64,000 nucleotides of DNA from Marsupella aquatica (taxonomy: Eukaryota; Plantae; Marchantiophyta): contig OZ316897.1 in NCBI GenBank assembly GCA_973895155.1, positions 15,623,375-15,687,374 on the forward strand, written 5' to 3'. How positions within the stretch are numbered: the first letter of the stretch is position 1; each line of letters starts with the position of its first letter. The notes under the pieces are model-generated. The model was given only the letters and a program-made list of their open reading frames with translations. It was not told where the DNA came from and searched no databases. The translations under genes were made by a program, and so were the position numbers. This document shows, in pieces, positions 41,718 through 64,000 of this stretch.

Positions 41718-42369
41718 GTAGGCACCATACAAGAACAGGTGTACAGGTCATTAAGAGGGGTCCCACTTGGTAAAACAAGTTTCATGGGGGCCCATCAGGT
41801 AAATAAGTTTCACCAAGGGGCATATATCTCCCTTTAAAGTGAAGAAACTACCATACTTTTTCCACTAAAAGACAAGTACATAATTTACAAGTCAATGTAC
41901 CTTAGGAGTATAGTACTTTGTGGTTGATAGAGAAGTATGCTAGTTTTGTACTCTAGCTTAGTCTGTACTATACTTTTAGGCCCTATTGAGAGATTCACTA
42001 TTTATGTGACATCTGTTAACCTCTAAACCATAAGGGTTGGAAAGTGTTTCATCAATGGAGATTGGCATCGTTGGTTTCTTGTACTGGTGCATCCTAGTGA
42101 GTGTAACCTTGTCATGCATAGAGAAGGAATGACAAAATAGAAATCTCATCTACAACTATAGTAGGCAATCCCGCCATTTTCCTCCTTCGTCCGGTTACAA
42201 AATCCTATATCGACGAGAATCAAAACTGTTTGTTAGATATTTGAGTGGATTTATCGTATCCATTTGATTCACTTGCGAGGACTTCCACTCCCGACAATAC
42301 CATCCGGTCCCTCTACGCCTGCCTTGCAAATACGTGCCTTGGGCCGGATCCTTGCGTCGCCATCAATGA

Positions 42370-42727
42370 GGGGATAACAATGCCTCATCATTCTCCCTCC
42401 CCTCTGTGCCTCATCATTCCTTCCCTCCTTCGTGAATGCTCCCCCATGCCTCCGTCAGTCCATCCCCTCCCCTCTGTGCCTAATCATTCCCCCTCCCCTC
42501 CATGCCTCATCATTCCCTCCCTCGCAAATGCTCCCCCCATGCCTCTGTCAATCCGTCCCCTCCCCTCCCCTCCGTGCCTCATCATTTGCTCCCTCCCTCC
42601 CTCGCAAATCCCCTCGACCTTAGCAATTCCCTCCCTCCCTTCATTATGGACAATCCCCCCTCGCAAATGCTCCCTCCGATATGGGTCGGCCCTCTTGGCA
42701 CAATGCAACGCACTGGCATAGGGCTCG
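42370..42727 (+). mobile_element. Helitron-like 3' terminus preceded by a C-rich minisatellite (CCTCATCATTCCCTCCCTCGCAAATGCTCCC-type units)
   Basis: TGCAACGCACTGGCATAGGGCTCG|T at 42704-42727 aligns with the minus-strand end at 11096-11119 (TGCAACGCACGGGCATCAGGCTAG). The array spans about 42380-42680. Confidence 0.5.
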
Positions 42728-44932
42728 TCAAATACATGATAAGCTATCATAGTAAAACCTAACATATCAAATGAAAATTATGGACTTGATATAATTAAAG
42801 GGGTTAGAAATTTGCTAAATTCAAACCAATACAAAGTGAAATGATAGACTAGGCCAGATTTAAAAGAAAATTCAGAACTTATTCGTCTAATAAGACAAGA
42901 TAGGGTAGAAGGTGTTTGCCATATAGCAGCTTCTTCCAAAGTAATTATCCCAAAGAACATTGTGATTGTAGCCCACTAATGTAGCAATCCAATGCTGAAA
43001 TCAAAACTTGAAACCAAGATTTGGAACAAGCATGCAAATCAACAAAACAAACATGCATCCGAGCAACAGTAAGTAACACTGGTGCCAAAAGGTAAAAAAG
43101 TTGGATTTGTTCCAACATTTACTCTAGCAAAATCAGGCACTGCCGTGAGTAATTTTGGAATTGTTTTTCAGAAATTGGCCTTAGACACACAAACACATAT
43201 AAAAGCAAAATTACACCAAAAATCACTCATATACGGCGTGTAATTAAAAAGGGGGGAAGGGGTGCATATATAGCTAACAGTGGTCACCGAGGTGGTCACA
43301 TACACCTGCATGCAAGTGCATATAAATGCATAGTCATGAGCAAGTAAGGGCAAGCAAAGAGATGGAAGAAACTGGGGATATTCTGATATCTAGGGGGGGG
43401 GGGTGAGGATGAGAGTGCAGTTTTTGAGCAAATAATTGGCCCATAAGAAATGCCAAGATCTTCACATAAATCACACCAGTGAAAGAGCTTACAACTTAGT
43501 TGTCACATCCATTTTACAGTGAGGAAACAAGTTTAGGGTTTAGGGTTTATGATTGATGAATGTGGCTAAGTTGCGCATTGACACCAGCAACTGGTCTATC
43601 AATGGTAAAATGTCACATCTCATTCCTCATGTGGTAAAAATGTGAATCACAAACTCAAAAAGATCAGCTCACCCTGATGTATCCAATGAGTCACAACGAG
43701 GCTTGTGACCATAAGAATGGCTTCAAGCAACAAATAGCACTTCACAATTTGCCAAAACCACTTCAAAAAGTGAGCTAAGCATGTCTTGCCGCACTTTCTC
43801 CTCACACATTAGTAAAAAATACTAAAAAGAGGAACTCCCCCCAATTACCCAATGAGCCGTGACACGCCTAGCCATAGTCACTCATTGTACCAGGCACAAC
43901 TTTCACAAATCAGTTTCTTTGTAAAATCAATCCTCTCAACTTCTTCCAAAATTTTTTAAACCAAGCAAAATTTTCTCCCTCAAGATTCTGATTGAGAGTT
44001 AGAATGACCCTATACCAATCCATCGCATGTGCCCATAACATTTGAGTTGCATGAGACACTACTCCGGAAAATGTTTGATGAAAAAACCATGACATAACCC
44101 AAACACATGTTGTCGCCTCCCAAACACACTCTAATATCAGTTGTTGACCAAACAATCACTACTAAAAGTGTTTACACATGTGTAACATCCAACAAACACA
44201 CAAGAAGAAATGTGTGGTTCACCTGTTCATAGGTTGTGTTCATGGGAGCACACAAGTGAGTTGTACTGAACTCTAAACTTATTTGGCATACAAATTCACC
44301 ATAGACTAAGCTCTCCCTATCTCACATGAATCCATAATAATGAGCCTAAGACAGTTCTATTCATTGACTAAGTACTACTAGTGAATATAGTAGTGACACA
44401 TCTATCCTTAATAACCAAGTACGTTAAGGTAATTGCACTTACACAATAACTTTAGACCTAGAGTAAATGTCTCATAGCCTCCTAATTGATTTAAGGCAAA
44501 TGACCACCTCCTCCCATTTAGGTATGTTGGAGGGTATGTTCTTTATGGCCCCTGACCTCTCAGGTTTTGCAGATATTGCTTCCCCCTACCTGACTTTATA
44601 TTCAATTAAGGGACAAAAAGCCGATAATTTTAAAAAATAGCAATTTGACGACTTGCTTGAAGCACTAACCACTCACCTAATACTAAATTTCCAATGCCAG
44701 ATTATAATAATGCAAGCAAAGAGGGAATCATCTTGGCTTGATTAGGACAGGTGGAAATTTCTTGGCTTAGGAGAAGTGGGTTGAATTTCATTCATTGTGC
44801 TCAAGATTATGCTAATTCTGGCTCTCTCCCAATTCAATGCTAGTCGCTTTTTCCTAGTCGCTAATTGTCCTTGGTATGCTAAACCAGGTCTATAATCATG
44901 GAAGTTATGAGTCTATGGTTGAATCACAGCTT

Positions 44933-44935
<3 letters not shown>

Positions 44936-44991
<56 letters not shown>
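44936..44991. repeat. (TC)~28 microsatellite
   Basis: Seen directly. Confidence 0.98.
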
Positions 44992-44994
<3 letters not shown>

Positions 44995-45324
44995 GCTCCA
45001 TGTATCTCTAGCATGGGATATGCCTCGAACACTCCATGCATGTGCATACAATCCACCATGCATAAGTGCATTACTTGGTTAACTTGTGCCTGCTGGCCAT
45101 GTAGTCTCCTAATATGACAGCAATTTCCTTTGGAAACGCACCAACAACTGCATGTTGTGTAAGTGCAGGTAAGTTTTCACTGAACAACAAATACCAGCAA
45201 TACATATACAAATATATAAGTTAGTAACTGCAATGCAACCATTAGAAGCATTTATTTAAGCAGTTTCATGCACTTATCTAGTTAAATGCTTCAAAATGAG
45301 CGCTTGGGGCATGAGGAGTCTCAC

Positions 45325-45742
45325 TTCTGTGACCTAACAACACATGAGGAAGTGCTTAATAAATTTCTTATGCACATATGGAGAAGTGCATAAATGATAT
45401 CCCATGCACTTATAACATCGTGCATGAGGATAAATATAGGCTTAGTGAGGTGACAACACATGAGAAAGTACACAATCAACTTCCAGTGCACACATGGAGA
45501 AGTGCAAAATTGATATCCCATTCCATGCACTTATAAAACACTTCATACTATGGATAAGTGTAGGCTTAATGTGATGACAACACATCAGAAAGTGCACAAT
45601 CCATTTCCTATAACACATATGGAAAAGTGCATAAACCATATACCGCCCACTTATAGCAGATCGCATACCTTGGATAAGTGCACGCTGTGTGGAGGGAGCC
45701 TGCACAGCGTACATGCGTACGCTGCCATCTAGTGCAATCTAG
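45325..45742 (+). mobile_element. Helitron-like 3' end with three ~120-bp tandem repeats
   Basis: Three copies of ACAACACAT...GGAGAAGTGCA...CACTTATA...GGATAA. Perfect 8-bp stem hairpin CAGCGTAC-ATGC-GTACGCTG at 45705-45724, then CTAG|T at 45729 and 45739. Confidence 0.6.
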
Positions 45743-45964
45743 TACACGGACCATAAACCCATGGTCCTTCGTCCGTAGCCGCATAACCTGCCCTGGAAGT
45801 AACGAAGCCACGAGTCAAGGCCTTCGGGCCCTGCCCCCTCTGTCTCGGACGTCTGGAGCTGGGACAGAACGAGTCCGACAGAGTAGCGAAGCAGCGGTGA
45901 TGCAGGCCGGCTGGTACAGTACTACTACTGTAGATCCTGGCTGTTAGACTTGGCCAGCTCTACA

Positions 45965-46258
45965 CTGGCGGTGGGCAGATTGTGGTCCCGTTATTCTAGC
46001 GGCATCGCCAGGAGGATCAGAGTCGAAATACTAGGGGCTTGCTTAGCGGTACCTGCGACTGTCGCCTGTCCATCCCCCCGCCAGCAAAGTAGCGACTAGC
46101 GATAACAGTGGCGGTAGGCCGATTGTACTCCCATATAGCGGCAGCGCCGGGGAAGATCAGCAGAGTCGAAGTACCAGGGGCTTAGTTAGCGGTAGCTGCG
46201 ACTGTCGCCTGTCCAGTCCCACGCCAGCAAAGTAGCGAATGGCGATTACAGTGGCGGA
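45965..46258. repeat. ~143-150 bp GC-rich tandem duplication
   Basis: TGGCGGT...AGAGTCGAA...TAGCGGTA.CTGCGACTGTCGCCTGTCCA...GCCAGCAAAGTAGCGA occurs twice. Confidence 0.85.
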
Positions 46259-46269
46259 GGAGCGGGAGG

Positions 46270-46545
46270 AAAGGAACGACGAGCGACGAAGGAAAAGTAG
46301 CGAAGGAACGGGAAGGGGAAAAACAAGGAACGACGAGGCGAAGGAAAAGTAGCGGACGAACGGAAAGGGGAAAAACAAGGAACGAGAAGAGGCGAAGGAA
46401 AAGTAGGGGACGAACGGAAAGGGGAAAAACAAGGAACGAGGAGAGACGAAGGAAAAGAAGGGGACGAACGGAAAGGGGAGAAACAAGGAACGAGGAGAGG
46501 CGAAGGAAAAGTAGCGGACGAACGGAAAGGGGGAGGAAAAAGGCA
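46270..46545. repeat. 54-bp purine-rich minisatellite, about 5 copies
   Basis: GCGAAGGAAAAGTAGCGGACGAACGGAAAGGGGAAAAACAAGGAACGAG(A/G)AGAG units at 46338, 46392, 46446 and 46500, plus a shorter unit before them. Confidence 0.92.
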
Positions 46546-47697
46546 CGAGGCGAGACGGAAAGGACAAGGGAGCGTGGCGCGGAGGGGGAGAGGCGGTGAT
46601 GAGGAAGCGAAGAAGAAGAAAGGCATCGACGGCAGTGCCGAAAGAGGAGCGAAGAACGAGAGAAGAGGAGAAGAAGAGAGAGCAAGAGGAGGAAACACAA
46701 ATGCGGTACCACAACCCAATTACTTACAGCAGTGTAGTACACTACTACTACTGAGAAGAGTTATCGCTGGCGGAGTTCCGTTCGGGGTCTCTCTCTGCTT
46801 TTCGGGGTCTCTCTCTCTGCTTTTGACACTATCGATCGGAGCACAGCAGGGAGAGAAGGAGATGAAGGATTGGAGAATTGGACGACAGGGCGTGGAGCAG
46901 AGCGCGGGGTGCTGGAGCGCGTAATAAGCAAGCAAGCAAGCAAAGCTGTGGAGCAAAGGATAGGAAAAAGGAGAAGAGAGAGGAGAGAGGAGAGAGAAGG
47001 GAGAAGAGAGAAGAGAGAGCGAATCCGAGCAGCAAGCAAGCAAGATCGTCTTAGCGAGATGAAGGATTGGTGGTGATTCAAAGAGGGAGAGAGTTGGTGA
47101 AGGCTGTTTCGTCGGATACTTCTCTGAATTCTGTATTTGCGGTGCGGTTCAGAAGGCGGTCGGTCGGTGGTGTTAGGGTGGACAGTACGTAGGCAGAGGC
47201 GGGTCGTGCATGAGGAAGGCGGAGAGAGAGTATCAGCGATCATCGGCGTCGTGCACGTTGGAGAACGGAAGGGCGGGGGAGTTTGAACGGGAAGTTTGGA
47301 GAAAAAAATTCCCTATTGCGGGAGTGAGGGCGACGCAGTAGTCTCAGTGAACGCAGCGTTAAGTGGATCCAGGCCAGGACGGAGGATACGAAGTGGGATT
47401 CGATTAGTCGGTGTGCAATTCGTGCGTATTGTCACAAACGGACGGGGCAAGGTGATCAGGATCACAGTGTTGAGAAGGAGGAAGGCGGTGATGATTGACT
47501 GAGAGGCAGGCGAGGTGCGACTTTGCTTGGTGGATTAGTTCGCAGAAGTGGAGAACGAGTTGCGCGCCACAGACTGCTTAGGGTGAGCATTTGGGTCGAA
47601 GGGGCTAGAGTTTTCTGTTCGAGAGAGGGATTGGTCTGGTCGTCTGTGCACAGTTGAGAGGGGTAGGGAAGGAACTGAGATTGGTGGAAATCTGGCA

Positions 47698-57852
<10,155 letters not shown>

Positions 57853-59691
57853 CAGACGAAGCAAGAGACAATTCAGTACAATAGCTGCTACTAAGCACCT
57901 ACAGAAAAATGAGTACCGGCGATTTATCATGGCTTATTAATAAGCTTGTGGACGTACAGCTTGGGATTATGAATCTGTAACCGTGTAGGGTTCTCATCCA
58001 AATCTCTGAGGCTGCGGAGAGTTAGGTTTTGTAGACATTGGAATCCATAAGTTCCGGAGCAAATCACTATTTACATTTCCAAGGCATGGACCTTGTTCAA
58101 CTCGCCCACCGATGAGAAGCGACTGAGATCCTGTTCGTCAAAGGATAAGGTAGGGTTGGAGGAGGGGTGTAGGTGTTGCGTCATGAATTGTCACAAGTGG
58201 TGATTGAATTTGTGTATAGGGTGGATTAGGTCACCGTTGACATACATCAAAGCACAGGGACATCTATAGCCAACTCATGAACAGATATTGTTACGGAGAA
58301 TCCAACCGGCTACTAGGTTCACCCCTTCGTTTACAACGTGTTACTAGCCTTAGTCCAGTCCTGAAGGGGTTGATATCAGTCAGCTCATGATTTATTCGGA
58401 TTTGGATTTCTCTTCTTGTATTGAACAAGAATTATAGGTGGTACTTTGGATGTCCTGTCTGTAAGTTAAACCTTTAATAAGTCAGAATTCCTTTTTTACG
58501 CTTAGCAGAGCTTGTAGATACTTGAGGGGCCAGATATATGTAATTAGTTTAAGTCATGGACTTAATATCGGATAAGGAATATAGCTCGGGAGTGTATCAG
58601 CCTGAAAATGTCTAGTAGTAGCTTTCAAGTGAGCTGTCAGAGAACGTATGGTGATAGCGGCTGTGTCGGCTGGATCATATGTTCTCACATGTACGAAATG
58701 TTGAGTTTATCCCTAGTCAGCGTTGACTTTGGTTGAACACTCTTTTAAGACTCGTTGAAGTGTCCACAGTTTTTCTTGCCACGTGAAATGTTCCAGTGCT
58801 GTAGAAGATTGCGTTTGAGTGCATAGGTACCTGTGTTCTTCGAATGTAATCTGACATGCAAATATTCTTTGTGTAGGGTACTCGGCGGAAACAAAGCCCC
58901 GCCAGTACGCACATTGAAGAGTACCATTTGTGGGTTCATGGATGCACAGGTTTCGCATTACGCGGGGGCGCAGGAAATGGCGGGTGCTTCTCGATCAGTT
59001 TGGCTCGTAAGAAAAATGAAAGCAAGCTTTGCTACTAGCAGTCAATCATCATACCCGGGCTTGTACAGAGCTACAGTATTTACTCCCATGGGGAGGTTAC
59101 TAGCTGTGTGCAACACTATGGTAACCTGAGGGCTGAGTACTGTGTATATATACAAAACAGATAACGTTTTTCGTGCAGCTCAGGAAAAAAATAATAGAAT
59201 TGATACAGAAATCGCTTAGCGGTTCAGACGAGCATGTCTTTTGTAGCGGTTTCGATGAGACCGTCATCACGGATTCCTCTCTGTAGCCTGAGAAGTACAT
59301 ATATGTTTTGTAAGGTTAGCTTTTACTGTTTTTGTATTTCAATTATCTTGAATACTCCTTGAACTGGACGTGTCACACTTCAGGATCTAGGAATGAGTTG
59401 TGAATGTCCGTAAGATGGCAGAGCTTGTAGGAAGCACCGTCTTCCGCAGCTAAGACCCATGTTGAGGGCGACTTGTAACTTTCTAGATGTAAGAGTGATG
59501 ATGAAGATAATAGAAGCCTATGTAACTCGAAGACATGAAATCTGTCTCGTATACAGCTGCTTGTACTTTCAGATGAGGATGAATGTTTTTGCAACTTGAA
59601 CTATGAATTGCTATGTTGAGTTTCCTACTTACTGACCTGAATCGAGTGTTGGGTTCAGTGAGCGTCTCTTGCTATAACTGTACATGGCACG

Positions 59692-60156
59692 TAGGTATCG
59701 ATGCTAGGATTGTTTCATCCTCGAACCTCAAAAGCATCTGATACACTTGAATAACCGAATACGTTGAAAAGGCACGTTTGTGAGGTATCGATGCTAGAAT
59801 TGTGTCATCGTCGAAGCTCGAAGCACGCGATTCACTTGGATGACTGAATACGCACTTGAATGACTGAATACGTTGAAAAGACTGAACATTCTTATAGGGC
59901 GGATCCAGTGAACAGTTGCAAAGAGGTGACTGGATGAGATTTGTATCTCAATGCCAGTGAACAAAACGTACTGAGGGAGGACAAGATTAAGGAAGACACG
60001 ATAAAGAAAACAGTTGAGGGAGACAAGATCAAGGCCAATTGCAAAGAGGTGACCAAATGAGATTTGCATCTCAATGCCAGTGAGCACAACGTGCTGAGGG
60101 AGACAAGATTAAGGAAGACGCGATCAAGAAAAAAGTTGAGGGAGACAAGATCCAGG
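59692..60156. repeat. Two adjacent tandem duplications (~91 bp x2, then ~123 bp x2)
   Basis: AGGTATCGATGCTAG...AATACGTTGAAAAG twice; TTGCAAAGAGGTGAC...GAGGGAGACAAGATC.AGGC twice. Confidence 0.85.
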
Positions 60157-61280
60157 CACGAGACACAATAACGGGGTCCCAAAAACAGAGGGAAAACACT
60201 TAGTGAGGGGGACAAATTAAGTGAGGAGACCCAGTAGGGCGTCTCAAACCTCTGTGTTCTGTCTCCAGTTGGGGTCGTGGCTGACACAATAATGCTTATC
60301 CGCACACTCGTGACAGCAAATCAAAACTGGTACTTTCAAACCAAGTTTTTTTTCTGGATAAGGTTTGAGTCACCATACTGTAGTTAAATGCCCTCAGGGA
60401 TTACAACCTTGAACCCCCAAGAGGTCATATATTGTCAGGCATGGACCCCAAATGTCTTTTTTAGTCTTTATTTCCACAGGAAAAGTTTTGCCCGTGTCTC
60501 ATAACACCCGAGCAAAGCTGGCCAGGGGGTGCCAGGGGTGCCTCAAGTCTCATACCCCGAGCCAAGCTGGCCAGGCATGGCTGATATCCATGAACAAAAC
60601 TACACAGCAAAATAAAAGAGGGGTTAATGGGGATGAGAACGGGTTCAGTCAGTCTGGGACCAAGGAGCCTAAGTTGGTTTTAAGTGAAGAGTATTGTGAT
60701 ATGGATTTCTTTACTAATACGCAGTTGCAAGTGTTAGCAACTGCCAAGCTTCTCTTCCCATCATATCTTTACCATCAGAGTTAGCAGGAAATGGAAAAAA
60801 AAAAACTTAGCATTAAATCCTCATTTCTGATTTGGCAATGGAAGTACTCACGAATAAGGTAAGAACACGAATAAGGTAAGAACATTGAATTTTACATGAT
60901 TGTTGAGGAAACAGATTTGAAGGTCTTGATACACTTTAATTCATGGAGTTTAAAACATAATTTATGATTCTTCGAGGAGAACTTGGTGAAGGACAGAATG
61001 CCCATAATCCACAATTTCACTCTTACATGTACACTCGTCCCTGGATAGAGTCTTCGCTATACGGAATAAAACGGCGTACTACCCATTAATGTATGGACAT
61101 AAATCGAAGCCAAGCCTCATACACTAATTTACAGAAGGTTGACACTCACTGCTGCAAACTAACCCTGACATTTAGCTTTATAAGTGTGCCTGTACACAAC
61201 GCCCGTAGATCTAAGCTATTGCCTACAAATTCTACCTTCATCTGCCCTCATTTGCAGTTCAGATCGGGAGCCCTGCTTTC

Positions 61281-63875
61281 TTATGTTTGACTTACACTTC
61301 TAATTAAGTCCTCCACAACTGTTGGATCAGCCAGAGAACTTGTGTCACCCTGCATCAAAAAATCCCCAACCAACGCAAAGCATGTTTAAGTACTAACCTT
61401 GAAAAATTCCCAACATAGTGCAATACAGGTAAAAAACAGGCCGGGCATCTGAGCAAAGAGAACATTTCAATAGTTAAAGAGTACACAACGAGACAATTCC
61501 ATGGTGCAAGGATGGAAAGGATTTACAATTTCATTAAACTGTCTAGCTGCTATCTTGCGCAAAATTCGCCTCATGACCTTTCCACTCCTCGTTTTGGGGA
61601 CAGCAGCCGTCCACTGAATAACGTCAGGAGTCGCAAATGATCCAATCTGCAGATCCAGTTACACAGACACAATTAATATAACATACTTATGACTGCACAA
61701 GTTAGTGTGGACGAGTTCTGATGCGTGTGATTTGCATGGACTAGAGCGTCCCCTTCCCCCCACTGTGTAACACTATTCTTGTCCCATTATTCCGGTTTAG
61801 AGGCTTCACTCTACACAGCAGGACTTAGTTTTAGAATACTTCTTGATAAAAATAATAAATACATGCACTAGAAACCCAATCTACCCGAGTCTTGGTCTAG
61901 AGGCTTCACTCTAGACAGTAGATCCTGATTAATTAGTTAGATACATGCGCAAAATTAGAAGGAAACTTCAAAATTTCTCCCTTACACCAGCAAAGGTTTA
62001 AGTCATCTGAAGGATTGTAAAGTTAACCTGTTTTCTGACAGATTCTTGCAGAGCCTTTTTAAGTTGTGGCGAAGGTTTGACATCTTCCATCAAAACCACA
62101 AACGCGTATATACCCTGTCCTTTTACCTGTAAAACCTCACACGAGATGTAACTTTAAAAACTTGAGATCCGACAAAAATCCCCAAAACGATGTCACCAAG
62201 AGAGCATTACAGTGCCAACTTACATCATGATCATAGCCAACAACTGCGGCCTCTGAGCAAGCAGGATTCGAATTTACTGCTGCCTCCACTTCACCCGTGC
62301 TTATCCGGTGTCCACTGTTGTCCAAGGGAACTTTTTATCAGAGAATTTTCTACGTTTTCCATTCACAGGACACCCTAGAAATCTAGCAGAATCTGGAAGG
62401 CCCACAATCTCATATCTCAGTCCTGCTTGTGATGCTTAAACATAACCCTATAGCAGGGCAAAGACATACGTACCTGACATTCAAGACATCATCTATCCGG
62501 CCAGTGATCCAGATATATCCATCAGAATCACGTCGACATCCATCTCCAGTTGTGTATAACCCCCTCCAAGTCTTGAAGTACGTGTTTTCATATCGCTCAT
62601 GATTCCCATAGACTGTCCGTGCAATTCCTGGCCATGGGGCTTTTATGCACAAGTTTCCCTCACAAGGACCGTACAGCTCCTCACCTTTTTCATCAAGAAT
62701 TACAGGCTACACCACAATTGGGGAGCTGCTTTAGTCTTAGAAATTGGGTTATACGGTTCACCACATTCCCGGCAGGTGAGACTAACTGTTCAAAACTTTT
62801 GAGATATATTGCACTTTCGTTGGGCAAAGTCCTATCCAATGGATCAAAGGTATGCCCATTACCTGCACACCAAAAAACGGAAGTGTAGCAGAACCAGGCT
62901 TCATCGGCCAGGCCCCTGGTAGTGGGGAGATCATGGTTGCACCAGTTTCAGTCTGCCACCAGGTGTCTATTATGGGACAACGCTTCTCCCCAACGACTTC
63001 GAAATACCAATGCCATGTCTTAGGATTTATTGGTTCCCCAACGGTGCCCAAAAGGCGCAGTGAAGAACGAGAATACTGTTGCAGAACCTGCAACACTAAA
63101 AAAGGTCAGTACCAAAAGACATCAGGACCGGCAGGACATTACAACAGAAAGTACAAAATTGGAGGAGCTTCCGCACATGCAAGTTGGAAAAGCCCAAATA
63201 TATACAGCGTTAAATGGGGAAGCAGAGATTCACTTAGCCTTCTAGGATGGAATCATCACAATTTGAACGGAGTATCTCTGACAAACACACCTTATCACCG
63301 TGGGCTGCCAGAGTGCGTATAGCTGTCGGGGCAGCATAGAGTATGGTCACTCCAAATTTATCGATGATCTCCCACCACCTTCCCGGAGTTGGCCATGTCG
63401 GTATCTGAACAACAACCCCAACTTCAGAATAGGTTCTTTGCAAGACGTTTTAATAACAACTCAGTTAAATCAATTGAACAATGTACGCATAATTTGGTTT
63501 TCAACGTTTGGTGGGGTTTCCAGAAAGTACCCCCTCAAACATCACAATTGTTGCACGATTGAAGAATGGCCCGTAGGCAACGTATGAGTGACCCGTTACC
63601 CAACCACAATCGGCTGTAACCCTGGCAAGAAAGAAAAATATAATTAAAAGACTCGTACAAGCACGAAATTGCAAAGCTTGAACGACCTACATCCTCAGAT
63701 TTTGAATAATATTTGGTGAAGGTTGTGATTGGATAATTTTCTACATTGTAAATACAAAGATATCACCTATGTCAAGAGGAACTGACCAGACAATGTCACT
63801 CGGTTTATGATCAAATACAGTCTTAAAAGTAAATCCAGCATAGACCATGTAGCCCCCAACAGTATGGATCAGCCC
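61281..63875 (-). CDS. ACS: Acetyl-CoA synthetase (AMP-forming), 3' portion; gene continues beyond the window
   Basis: Exons 63875-63787, 63621-63531, 63404-63291, 63087-62863, 62706-62474, 62314-62224, 62126-62028, 61646-61527, 61349-61281. Motifs: [82 protein letters not shown]. Confidence 0.96.
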
Positions 63876-64000
63876 CTGTAACACAAAAAGTGCAAGAATT
63901 TCAGAGTCCACTTCGTATCATGGTAGCCCACTTAGCCAACTTGGATCCAAGTTGACATATCAAAGGTAAGTCATGAAGCTCCGCATGAGATTTGAAAGAT

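Larger units (their letters stand above)
33669..41830. mobile_element. Mutator-like (MULE) non-autonomous element (~1.13 kb) interrupted by the copia insertion
   Basis: Left TIR GAGATATAAGC at 33669; right GCATATATCTC ending at 41830. 9-bp TSD CCTTCAAAG (33660-33668) / CCTTTAAAG (41831-41839) with 1 mismatch. Inverted GGGCCC-rich subterminal repeats. G-start TIRs with a 9-bp TSD are MULE hallmarks. Confidence 0.8.

Noticed and set aside
42245-42765. Pro-rich 158-aa ORF resembling an extensin
   Set aside because: Derived from the C-rich tandem repeat; no signal peptide or SPPPP pattern.
43532-43549. TTTAGGGTTTAGGGTTTA telomere-like motif
   Set aside because: Only about 2.5 units; such short interstitial motifs are common in plants.
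46157-46742. Three overlapping 157-186 aa Phe/Ser/Pro-rich minus-strand ORFs
   Set aside because: By-product of a 54-bp minisatellite that lacks stops on that strand; open in all frames, with no domain.

Overview
Eukaryotic land-plant genomic DNA; the intron style and GA-rich 5' leaders suggest a bryophyte or liverwort, but that is inference. Four spliced host genes are supported: a NAP1-related (SET/NRP) histone chaperone (minus, 15726-19626, 10 exons), an MFS transporter (minus, 24951-28105, 4 exons), an FHA-domain AAA+ ATPase of the ATAD1/MSP1-like group (plus, 47698-57852, 28 exons) and the 3' part of an acetyl-CoA synthetase (minus, 61281 to the window edge). The intergenic DNA is transposon-rich. 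A full-length but decayed Ty1/copia element (34688-41717, TSD GTAGG) is nested in a Mutator-like TIR element (33669-41830, 9-bp TSD). There are also several MITE ends, four Helitron-like 3' termini each next to a minisatellite, and a probable LINE remnant. The most unusual observations are a 276-bp duplication found only in the 5' LTR that looks as old as the insertion, the repeated Helitron-end plus minisatellite architecture, and a U12-type intron together with a GC-AG intron in the ATPase gene. I found no new protein-coding system; most short ORFs in the track are noise. All coordinates were read by eye and may be off by a few bases.
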